A stretch of DNA of 64,000 bases, from assembly GCA_965112155.1 (NCBI GenBank), contig OZ218103.1, one strand, 5' to 3'. The notes under the pieces were generated by a model. It was not told the origin of the DNA. It worked only from the letters and a program-made list of their open reading frames with translations, and ran no database searches. The stretch is from Podarcis liolepis. Taxonomy: Eukaryota. The position numbers and the translations under genes were made by a program. Shown here piece after piece: positions 51,270 through 61,989 of the stretch. The stretch's first letter is position 1. Each line of letters opens with the position of its first letter.

Positions 51270-53300
51270 TAGACACAAGCCTGGCGGGAGGGCAACGGGG
51301 TGGGGTGGGAGAGAGAGAGAGAGAGAAGTGAACGTTTTTTCGTTTGCTACAGTCGGAGCAATCTGACATTGACCCTTCAACGTGACCTTGTCTGGGCCGT
51401 CTCCTTAGTAACGGAGACCCAGCGAAAGAAAACCTGCATATCGCCTCCTTTAGCTACCTTTCTACCGGTCTGATGTCACTATTCCCGGGTGGCAAGGGGT
51501 GGGCTGTGGAAAAGGAAAGGAATCTTCGAGGAAGAGATTAGCTATTTTGCTTCGCGGCGAGGGGAGGAAAAATAAGATTGTGGCGCGGAGGGCACACTCA
51601 CTACACGTAGCCTTAACTTTTGGCCCGCCTCCTTTACCCGTCTCTGCGCTGATCAGGCAAAAAATCATTGCAAGCTTAAGACATAGAGAGATTAAAAAAA
51701 AAGAAGCGTGCTTGCCTCGTTTTGGCGGCTTGGCTTGTATCTAGGGCTAGAGAAGTGCTCTCCAGTGACGTCAAAACCCTATAGGGAGCCCTGGAGATGA
51801 CAGGGGCTTGGGCGGGAGCGGGGTTTGGGATCGGTACGAAAGGTAGATGCAGCAATGGCAAAGCAGCAAGAAAAGGGGCACGCGCGCGCCAGCTTGTGCT
51901 TGGGGGCGCGCGCGATTTCCTTTCAAGTGCGCCCCAGGCCCTCCGCGAGAGCAGGCAGGGCCCCGTCCATTCGTCCGGCGACGCGGGACAGGGAGGCCTG
52001 CTGCTGCCCGCCAACAGCATCGGGGGAAAGAGGCGAGTGGGAGGCGCCCTCGGCGGGACTCGCCCTCCCGCGCAAGGCCTTCCTGCTTTTGCCGGCAACT
52101 CGCTGGCGCCTCCTTAAATCTCTGCCGTTAGAATGTGGGCGGGTGTTTCAAGTCAAAGAGCGCTCAAATGTTTTTCCTTTTCAAAAAAAGCTGANNNNNN
52201 NNNNNNNNNNNNNNNNNNNNNNNNNNNNNNNNNNNNNNNNNNNNNNNNNNNNNNNNNNNNNNNNNNNNNNNNNNNNNNNNNNNNNNNNNNNNNNNNNNNN
52301 NNNNNNNNNNNNNNNNNNNNNNNNNNNNNNNNNNNNNNNNNNNNNNNNCTGGGCTGCGACCGGCGAAGGGCTCCTGCAGAGGGGGCTGCTTGCTTGCAAA
52401 GAGCCGGGCGAAGAGTGGCGACCCCGGCAGGCGCTTTTTGCAGAAAGCTGCCTTTGCCTCTCCGCAGCCTTTTCCAGAGCGATGCGAGGCAAAGGCTCCT
52501 GTCAAAGAAGCGGCGGCAGCTCCTGACCCGCCCCCCCCCCGGCACCTCTCTCTCCATCGCTGCTGCCCGCGGTTGAATGAAGGCGGGGAAACCAGCAGCA
52601 AAGCGACGCCAGGAGAGAGGCGCGGACGCTCCAGAGAAACGGCGGCGACTCCTCTCCCGCGCGCGCCTGTGCACAGGCTGGAGATCGCTGGTGACCGCCG
52701 AGCTCCGCCCGAAGCATGCCGCCGCCGCTGCCGGGTCCCCGGAGCCCCCGTCGCCCTTGATCGGGTGGCGTGGAGCAGGGGGGACTCCTGCGCTTCCAGC
52801 AACCTCGGGGCAGGGAGGGAGGGCAGCCGATCTGGCAGCTCCGGCTGCGGTTAACTCCTTCGCTGCCGCTGCTTGGAGAAAAGGAAGGTCCTGGGGGCTG
52901 GTTTGTGCGACCCCCGCGAGACTACGAGGGGAGGTTCTTCGGTGGAAAGGAGCGCGCGTCGGATCTCGGGCGTCCCCGCTGGAAAGAGCGGTGAGTCCTT
53001 TCCTTTTCCCCCCATCTCCGCTTCCCTCCTTCCCTCCCCGCCTCCACCTTGTTCTTCACCTTCTCTGCTTCTCCTCGCACGTTTGGCTTAGCGCGGCCGT
53101 GTTTCTCTGGCCGCGTACTACACTGGCTGCAAGGGTACATATCAATTTATTTCCCACTGGCCAAGGTCCTCCAGGAGGGGGGGAGCGTTGTGCGTGTTAG
53201 AGGTGCAGAGATCTGCTTTTCAAGCGGAGCTGCAGCAGTGTGCGTCACGTGTGAACCCAAGGGGCGGGCTTTTGGCAAGGAGCTTCTTTACGAGTATTTA
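51270..53300 (+). promoter_or_regulatory. CDKN2C promoter CpG island and long 5' UTR region
   Basis: CpG-dense; E2F-type TTTGGCGG (51721) and GGCGGGA (51283, 51811); full CRE TGACGTCA at 51766-51773; strong donor GCG|GTGAGT at 52990/52991, a likely end of a non-coding exon. Confidence 0.8.
52195..52348. other. Assembly gap (154 N)
   Basis: Run of N inside the GC-rich CDKN2C island. Confidence 1.
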
Positions 53301-53382
53301 CTACAAGGTCTACTCCAGAAGATTAACATCCCCACTCCTTCTGTCAGTTTCCGATGCCATGCCCGGCTAAAAAGAGCGATAG

Positions 53383-53402
53383 TAATAATAATAATAACAA
53401 TA
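53383..53402 (+). repeat. (AAT)n microsatellite in the CDKN2C leader; others are (GAT)n at 40441-40458 and (ATA)n at 63342-63362
   Basis: Read directly from the sequence. Confidence 0.9.
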
Positions 53403-53450
53403 AAAATTGCAAGCGCAAGTCATCTGCTCGCTGCCGATCGTCCGCAAGGA

Positions 53451-53579
53451 ATGGCCGAACCTTTTGCGAATGAGTTGGCGTCCGCAGCTGCCAGAGGGGA
53501 CCTAGCGCAACTTAAAAATTTGTTGGAAAAAAATGTAAACGTCAATGCACAAAATGGATTTGGGAGGACTGCGCTGCAG
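53451..53579 (+). CDS. CDKN2C: Cyclin-dependent kinase 4 inhibitor C (p18INK4c), first coding exon (MAEPFANELASAAARGDLAQLKNLLEKNVNVNAQNGFGRTALQ)
   Basis: Recognisable p18 N-terminal ankyrin repeat. ATG in context ggaATGG; 129 nt; donor CAG|GTTGGT, phase 0; syntenic head-to-head with FAF1. Confidence 0.98.
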
Positions 53580-56500
53580 GTTGGTATCCAGACGGACAGA
53601 GGCAATCTTTCGCCACTAGGTGAACTGGTTTGACGGGGACGCGAACCGTTTTTAAGAGGGGAGGAAAAAAAAAACACCCAGCATTTTTTAAAAAGCGAGT
53701 TGGTTGCCATATTTTATAACTTTAGCGGTTCCAACTCCCTAAAGTGACGTACTTTAAGTAAAACTGGTCAGTAATGCTTTTAAAAAAATATCTGTAGACT
53801 AACTCGTCCACACGTTAATTCGATTTTTTTTAAAAAAGAAAAACAACCCTTTTTCTGGGGCAGGGAAGCAAGTGGCGGAGGGGGGAGGGGGAGGGAACGA
53901 AACCATCCGGGCTAGGTCGTCTTTCACTGCAGGTCGGTAAACACCTCCTTTCTATTCTTTGAAATCCCGATTATATGTTTAGCTTTCTAAAAGCGGGGGT
54001 GCTCTCTTTCTGATGGGAGCGAGGTCAGTTTGGGGCTTCACTCTCCTGCTCTCTTTCTCTCTTTCCCCGCGGTGATCTCTCCCCCCCCCCCCCAAGTTTA
54101 CTATCTGCACTGCATAGCTAAGATGTACATTAAAATAGTTGGGCGATCTGAATCTCTGGAAAGACAGTGCCCTGGATTATTATTTTTAAAAGTGTTTTGG
54201 TGGATCGCTACGCGGCGAAGATTTCCTTGCCGTAGGTACCATCCTTGTATACACCCATTTCCACTGTTTAGATTTAGAGACGGCAGCTGGAGCCCTTCCA
54301 GTTCCTAAAATCCTGGACCCGCTGAAAGATGTTTTCTTTTAAGAACATCGCATAACGGTGCTGAAAGTGTTACAATGCACGAGGGAAATAAAAGTGGGGG
54401 GGGGGGACAGTCACGCAAGAGATGTGGAAACGTAGGTGAAAGCCTGCGACTGGGGGTTTTTTTGGTGTGTTTTTTTGTGCCAGGCAGAGGATCAAGAGTG
54501 CAGTTGGGACTACTGATTAGGTTTCTCAAAGAAAAGGGATTTGTGCTTTAAACTACAAAAAGGTGATCCACATGTCTCATATGTTGGTGGGTGCTAAAAA
54601 GAGAGAGAGAGAGAAACAGAAGCCCCCTTTTGTAAGGGAGTTAAAAAATAATAATAACCCTGCCTGTGAGCTATCTTCCCCCCCACTTTACAATTCCTTT
54701 CAATAATCCTTAAATTATTTCCTTTTCTGAGAGCGATGACAATGCCCAGAGGTCTTCTAGGCTCTTTTTCTTCTACCGACCTACAAATAGGAAAGCTTCA
54801 AGGCCCACAGGGCCGGGAGGTTGTTGAGTAAAGCAGGGTGTGTGTGTGTGTGTAGGTTTCTGCCTCTAAAATGGATCTCCAATTTCTCTTCTAAGTGCAG
54901 AACCAACGTGTTGTTGCAGGAGCAGATCACAACAATTGAATGGCACATTTGGCCATTTTTTAAAAAAATTACAGGGGTGTATTTTCTAGGCAGAGATGGA
55001 TCAGGGAACTCTCTTGGCTGCCCGTGTATCTTTTCCAACACCCACTTTTTATTGCTCCTTCATCGTAAACAAGGATTTGACGCACGCTACCAAATGTGCA
55101 CACACACAAACGCACACACTCCTCTAGAATAAAAGCTAAACATAGAAGAGGCTGACTGCTTATTTTCAGTATGTATAATCCAGAGAAAACTAGTGGGTGG
55201 ATGATAGAATCTGAGAAAGTTGATAGTCAACACAGTCCCCAATATTGCTTACTCTATATTATACCAAAGAAAGTGAAAACACACTTTGACTTTGGTCCTC
55301 TCATCCAGACAGCATTTTGCTATTATTTTCTCTGACCTTTTCTCCTTCCTCACCTTCTGCATTTTGAATATGCATGTTTTAAAGCAGGCCTCTCTCTCTT
55401 TTAGATTTGGCCAAGCTCCTAGGCCTTTTCTTTCGTATCTGTCCCCTTCCCTTGTCAAAACAATACTACATCAGCAACCTGCACATCTGAAATGGTATAC
55501 TAAATGAAACTTGTTCCACATCCTGATCCTGCTTTCCTTACTTACCTCAAATTGCACAAGGTGTCATAAGGCCCTGCTGAGTGAGAGTTTAAAATGTTTC
55601 GGGAGTACCTGTTGTGTTGGAGGTGTTGGGAAGCCACTCACCTTGCTGAGTGTTTTGCACATACTTAACATTACTATTAATTTCCAGAAGACTTAGCAGT
55701 CCTCCTGGCTATTTGCAGCCCAGACCTGCCTGAGAGAAGTCAGATGATATACAGCAAAGCATGCAGGTATCGCCTAGTCAATATTCCACATTGTAGATGC
55801 TATTTCACACTTACTGCTGTTGTATCGTCCAGCTCTCACTTCCCCACCCACCTCAGCAAAGTTGGGACATACTTATTTTTACAGCTCTTTCCAGTTTTGT
55901 TTACTGTAAGTGTTCCCCCTTGTTTATGCAAACAGTGGAAGGCAAAATTCCTTGCAGTAGAAAATTGTATGGAGCAGATAGGCAGACAGACAGATAGCTA
56001 TCCCTTTCAAGAAGAGTGGGTAGAACAGAGATGGGGGTGGGGGGTGGAATTGAAAGCAAATAAGGAACACATCATGCTTCAAAACTGGCTGTTCCAAAAA
56101 GAAAAGAACTTGACCGAAACATAACCTTCAATGTGTGATATTACAAAAGAACTGACTCCAATTTTCCCCCAAGTCATTGTGAAGATTCAGAATGCCTGAG
56201 GGTCTCTCTGAACTAGGCAGACCTGCTCCTGTGTTGAAAAATATTATGCAGGTTCCATATTGCAATTTTTAAAATTATTTATTTTAAAATGGCAATATCG
56301 GACTACCTTTGCCTTAGCAGGAAGCAGTATGAATGATGCTGAATCATCAGAGCCATCCTTTTAGTGGCAGTTGGAGTGCTTTCACAAAAAGTAAAAAAAA
56401 AAAGGAGGGGAAGGACCTTTAGGAAAGCCAACAACCTTTGAACACTTTTCCATTCAAACAAAGCCTAAGAATTTGAGGAATATGTTTGTCCCTCTCCAGT

Positions 56501-57299
56501 TATTAGAGGAAACCAGGATGTGTGTTCATTTGCATTCTAGCGATTATAGAGATACCAAAAGAAACTAAGATTGTGATCTTCTTATGCACTCTTACTTGAA
56601 ATTAAGGCTAACTGAATTCAGTAGAAGACTCTTCTGAGTAAAGACATCCATGAGGGCGCGCTGTCAACAGGTGTGGTACACCTGCTGTTCTCAATTATTC
56701 ATGTGTCATCTGTTTAAAAAAACAAGCAAACTTTTTAATCTAAAATATAGACCTAATAGGGTTGTGTTGTAGCTCACTGCCAAGGCAGGAGCAGAAGAAC
56801 TCTAATCCTAGGACTATTCCAGCCCTCTCATCTCATCATTGGAACTGACTTTCACCTTTACTGAAGTTTTCTCCTTTCCCTGGCTCAGTCTGACAGAGTT
56901 TCCTTTTGGGTCTGACTCCGTTTTCTTATTTCCGTGTGTCATGGTCCCCCCCCCGCACTCCCCCCCCAAACACATCTAAAGTAAATGCCCCAAAGCTTGC
57001 ATTTCTACCAACAAGTCAGTGCAGTTCAATGTATTATCTCAACCTGCTTATGTGCCTTTGACTTCTGATATCATCTGTTCTGATATGACTAAATCGCACT
57101 TGAAGGTTAACAAGGGGGTGGGTGGGAAGAGTAGGATTATTGAATGCTTACGTGACTCCCCACCGTGGTGGGATGTTTGGTGTTTTTTTTTTAATTACAA
57201 TAAACCAACTGCTAAACAGACGCTTTGTCCGCCCCACCTCATGATGAGGACGAAGTATCAAGATGGGAAACAGTTTATCTCAAGACCTCGTTATTTCAC

Positions 57300-58600
57300 T
57301 CGATGAAACGCGCCTAGGGTACAAAACCCCTTGGGTTTCAGTGGGACCGGCTCCCCAAGGCTGAGGTCAGCGCGCAGGGGCTGAGGGGAATCAAATTGGC
57401 GGGGAAAACAGACGGAGGTTCCCTGAACGTTTTCGCCCTCCGCCCTCAGGATCCTCCGTCGAAATCATGTCAGCATGTTGCCAAGAAACACACACCCGCG
57501 CGTTTTAAGTAGGTCTGCCACTTCAATTAATCCCTGTTCTGCGTTAGATACCCTCCCTCTCGACTCTTCTGGGGTATTGAATCCTTCGTAACCCTAAGAG
57601 GAAGGAATATCCCCCCATCGCCTCAGTAGAATTTTCTCCTTTAATTTTGTTTTTCCCCCTCCCAGCACAGGAATTCTGAGGGGCAGTGGTGACTGGGCAG
57701 GTGGAACTTCTCCATCACCTGCCTGGGAAAAGACCTGAGCCTCTGCCTTTGTCACCCGGCTGTTAAAAGCGGGCTGGGGCGGGATGGCATCCCTTAGGAA
57801 GGGAGGCAGCGGAGCCCTGAGGACGGAGCAGTCAGGGGAGCTCGAAAAAGACAGCAGCTGGCGCCACCTTCTTCCACCGAAATGGTGGTGTAGGGAGGGC
57901 AGAGAATAATCGTTAGGTGCGCCCCCCCCCCCACGAGCCCTGGACCCAGTGAAATACAAATCGATAGACTGGGTTCTCCGACCCAGGTCAAGCGACGACT
58001 CTCTGAGGTAAGGACGCCCTAGGGTGCTATGTTGAGGTACACGCTCCCGTAACGTGTGAACGCAACTCAGTCGTGTGCTTTTGTTTCCCTCCCCCTTGTC
58101 TTTCCCGCCTTCTCCCGTCAGGTGATGAAGCTGGGCAACCCGGAGATCGCTCGGCAGCTGCTTCGGCGGGGCGCCGACCCGAACCTGAGGGACCGCACCG
58201 GCTTCGCCGTCTTGCACGACGCGGCGCGCGCGGGCTTCCTGGACACGCTGCAGACTTTGCTGGAGTTCAATGCGGACGTGAACGTGGAGGACGCCGAGGG
58301 CAACCTGCCCTTGCACTTGGCCGCGCAGGAGGGCCACCTGCCCGTCGTGGCCTTCCTGCTGGAGCGCACGGCCAGCCGCGTGGGGCACCGCAACAGGAAG
58401 GGCGACACCGCCTACGACCTGGCTCAGCTCTACAGGAGGAGCGCCGTCGCCAAGCTGCTCGAGGGCCGCGCAGGAGGCAGCGGGGACTGAAGCCCCTGGC
58501 CGCGCCTGGCTCGCTCGGACTCCGGCAGAAGGAGGGAGAGCCTCTGCCTTCCCTGCCCACCCTCTCCCGCCCCTTCTCCCCCTGTCCCGTCTCTCCATCT
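57300..58600. promoter_or_regulatory. Intragenic CpG island over CDKN2C exon 2 and the 3' end of the intron
   Basis: High CpG density; E2F-like TTGGCGGG near 57396. Confidence 0.7.
58122..58490 (+). CDS. CDKN2C: p18INK4c second coding exon (VMKLGNPEIARQLLRRGADPNLRDRTGFAVLHDAARAGFLDTLQTLL...GRAGGSGD*)
   Basis: Polypyrimidine tract then cag|GTG ATG AAG; INK4 ankyrin motifs LHDAAR-GFLDTL and NLPLHLAA-EGH; TGA at 58488-58490; total protein 165 aa. Confidence 0.98.
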   Translation: MMKLGNPEIARQLLRRGADPNLRDRTGFAVLHDAARAGFLDTLQTLLEFNADVNVEDAEGNLPLHLAAQEGHLPVVAFLLERTASRVGHRNRKGDTAYDLAQLYRRSAVAKLLEGRAGGSGD

Positions 58601-58730
58601 TAACCAAACCACACCAGTAAATATTGTAGGTCTCTTTCCATTGCAGACGTGGGGGTGATTTTCTTTCTTTCTCTGGAAGAAGAAGAAGAAATATCACGCC
58701 AGTAGCAGCAGCTTTTCTCAAAGGCGAGAG

Positions 58731-58736
58731 AATAAA
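58731..58736 (+). terminator. Candidate CDKN2C polyadenylation signal AATAAA (further candidates near 59821 and 59964)
   Basis: First AATAAA after the stop codon, 240 nt downstream, followed by U/CU-rich sequence. Confidence 0.5.
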
Positions 58737-59204
58737 ACCAGCCAGAAGGCCGGTGGCTTTCTCTCTCTTTCTGTCTCTCTCTCGCTCTGTGCCTCTGTCT
58801 CTCTTAATTCTTTTTTTACTTGGTTTATTCCGTCCCTTAAAAAAACAAAACAAAAAAACCCTCCCCTGCCAACACAACTTGCATAAGGACCTTCTTTATG
58901 TTTGCAGATGACTTTCCTCTTTCTTCTTCTTTTAAAGATCTTTGAAAGTTTACTGTGATTTCTCCTCCCCTCCCCTGAATATCATCTTGCCTAACAAAGG
59001 TTAAAAGAATATGAAAAAAACACATGAAGGAGTGTGTGACATGATGTGAAAAGGGCTTCTTTGCCCAAAAGGGGGAGAAATAGGGAGGGGAATAAGAACT
59101 TTGGTTGTGTTTAGATACATCTAGATACTTAACTAGATGGTGACACTAACAAAAGCTTTTGATTTTGTATTTCTTGCGATTGTGGCTGCCATCCTAAACC
59201 ATTT

Positions 59205-59282
59205 GCAGTTCAGTCCTATATGTGTGTATTCAGAAGGAAGTCCCACTGAGTTCAATGGGGCCAAATCCTGGATTGCAGCCTT
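59205..59282. repeat. Representative of a dispersed ~80-95 bp palindromic (hairpin) repeat family, with at least 13 copies in the window
   Basis: Approximate consensus gcaatcctat..tactcagaagtaagtcccactgagttcaatggggcttactc..aagt..ataggattgcagc. Copies at about 690, 12658, 15295/15934, 25523, 31780, 32380, 32845, 38815, 40757, 41876, 44235, 56570, 59205 and 61153. Confidence 0.8.
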
Positions 59283-61989
59283 GATTTGAAGAAAGTGATG
59301 TTGAAATCATTGGGATGTACTTCAGAGTAAACGTGTTCAGGATTGAGGTTTAATGGGTTAACAGAGTGTGTCTCTGCTGGGGCAGGGGAGGGAGAGAAGC
59401 AAAACGTGTCTGGGTGTTTGTTTTAATGTCGAAGGTTCAGAAATTCATCAGGAAAAAAGTATTTGCTTTTTATAGATTTGTTTATAAAGATCAGTTTTTC
59501 CCTCGCTGAATTTCACATGAATAAGGTTTTACCAACTTGCTTTTCACAAAATGATATTATGACCACAAACACACCAGTTTCGAAAACTGACCTTGCAATA
59601 TGGAGATTAATTCATAAGATTAACTTGTGTTTACTGCCTTTTGGGGAGTGCTCCAAGAACGAGTCTTGTTTGGTTGAACACCATTTACTCCAGATAGTTC
59701 CATTTGTTCTCACATAATGAAGCCAGAACAAGAATGTCTTGTTATGGGTTAAGATTTGAAAACCGAGGTCAAAGCCTGCTTTTAGAAAGTCAGTGAATCA
59801 TCTTAAACGTCATTATATTGAATAAAAGCTGAAGGATTTAAAACGTATTTTAAAAGCAAAAATGAGAGGGGGGGAGTGATTTAAAATGGACTGTTTTAGT
59901 TCTGGTTTTTAAGCTTTCCGGTAGAAAAAAGGAAGGGTGTTAAAAACATTTATTTTGCATAGGAATAAACTACAAAATCTATAAGAGTTTTATCACATAT
60001 TTAAAATGCTCTCACTTCTGATACTGCTTTCTGATTAAAAGCCTCAATGTGTTGCGAAGTTTGGAGCATATCTGTTTTTATTTTCACCGTGTTCAGTAAA
60101 TAACTTCTTTTTTTAAAAAAAATCGGACATGTCGCAGGACGGGGTGTGTGGCCCTGTGAACGAAAGGACACATTGAAGGATGTGATTATCATAAACATGG
60201 GGGAATGGGGAAGTGTTTTAATTCAAGATTTTGGGTTGCTACTTCCAAGAGCGCAACATAGCCAGCTCGGTGTCGTTTCCCTGTCTGCGAAACTTTAATA
60301 TTAGGCTTGAGAAATTGGTAAGTTTGCCCCCTCCCCCATTTTTTTTAAAAAAAAGAGTTTTAGAAGTGGCTCCGGACAGTTTTGTTCTCTGCTGAAATGA
60401 GTATCTTATCTGAACTGCACGAGCTTATTCTGCACTGAACCGAGGTTTCAGAAGGGTCAGATTAAAAAACAGCGAGTTCCACCGCTAATAAAAACAGCGA
60501 CCTTTACTGCAAGCCAGAATTTAACCCAATCATATCCTTTACTGAATGGTCTCTTTTTCTTGTGAAATCAAACTGTGGCCATTTAAAAGCAAACCAGAAG
60601 CCAAACGCTAACCCTGGATTTGCCATTTGATAAAGAATCTGATTTTTTTAAAAAAGAGTGAGTGAGTTCTGGTCGGTTAAGCATGCAGTTGTACCAGCTT
60701 AATGAGTTTTAAAGGTTTTAGCTTTGGTTATCCAAAAAGCTAAACTATTAATATTCGAAGCTGGTGGTATATATAGTGACAGGCCTTTTAACAAGCGACA
60801 GGAGTTGGCTAATGGGTTCAAAAACAAAACACACGGAGAGACACAAAATATAGTCAAATTTGTCATTGCTTTGCATTATTCGCGCAAAAGAAACGTTATG
60901 AACTCAGCGTGGTTTCAGAAATGAGTTTTACGGTTCCAGGGATGTAAGGCCAGAAGAACAGGAACACTCATTTTCAAACAAGCAATAAAACCCCAAAGTT
61001 TCAGCATTATTTTTAGCCGACAAGAACTCTTGCCCTGGATATTGTCCGTCTAAAAGCAAAGAATGTGGATTTAGTCATGAGGACAGACCTAACCGACCTT
61101 TATAAAATATTGCATAAGCTATTGAAGATGTTAGGCTTTTTAAAAAGTGCTTTACAGCCCAGTTCTTCCCATGACTACTCAGAAGTAAGTCCCCTTGAGT
61201 TTAGTGAGGCTTTCATAAAGACAAGTGCGTATAGGATTGCAGTCTTAAGCTATGAACCCAAGAGCACTGCTGAAGGGTGAGTGGCAACGATCCTCAATAC
61301 CATGAACACTATTATTTTAAGAGCGCGCTTTGCCAAGTAAGCAAGCTGAAGCCATATTTCGCAAGCAAGCCTCCTTTCAATTGCACTCACTCCCCATTAG
61401 AGTATGCGCAGAATCGTGGCCCAAGAGGTGCTTATTTTAGCGTGCTGATCCTTGGAACCAAATATCCGACACACACACACACTGAAATCGAATACGAATA
61501 CATATGTCGTGGTTAATGTTTAATAAACAGTCTAATAATATAGATAGGGATGAAGAAAATGTCAATTGGCTGCGATGCGCTGGGCGGAGGGGTGTGTGCG
61601 TGCACGCACTATAGCGTGTGCCTGCTACAAGATAACTCCTGTAGTCTTGGAAAGTAACTAGCAAAAGTTTCCATTAAACTTACTTTCAAGAAAGCACCAT
61701 CAGGAAAAGCGTTTACAAACAGGACCAATAGATTTCCGCAGAACTTCCTTCCATGGGAGAGCAAATGAGGTCAGAAAAGTCCTGTGGACTCCTATGGCTT
61801 AGCCTTAGGAAGTAAGTGGCATTTATTTCGACAAGATTTCCTGCCAAGAAAGTGTGTTTAGGATTAGGGGAAGCTGACTTAGTGGGAGCAGGTTCAGCTG
61901 AATGCAACGCCACTTGCTTCTAAATAAAAGGATGGAGGTGCAAGTCAAATCTGGAGCGATTAAGGCTGGGTGTGAGTGTGCGTGGGAGT

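Noticed and set aside
51825-52802. Long ORFs spanning 52195-52348
   Set aside because: They are artificially joined through the N gap.
52873-52990. Alternative phase-1 exon for the ARF frame via donor 52990
   Set aside because: The phase-1 frame has no ATG after the in-frame stop at 52852-52854, only a TTG.
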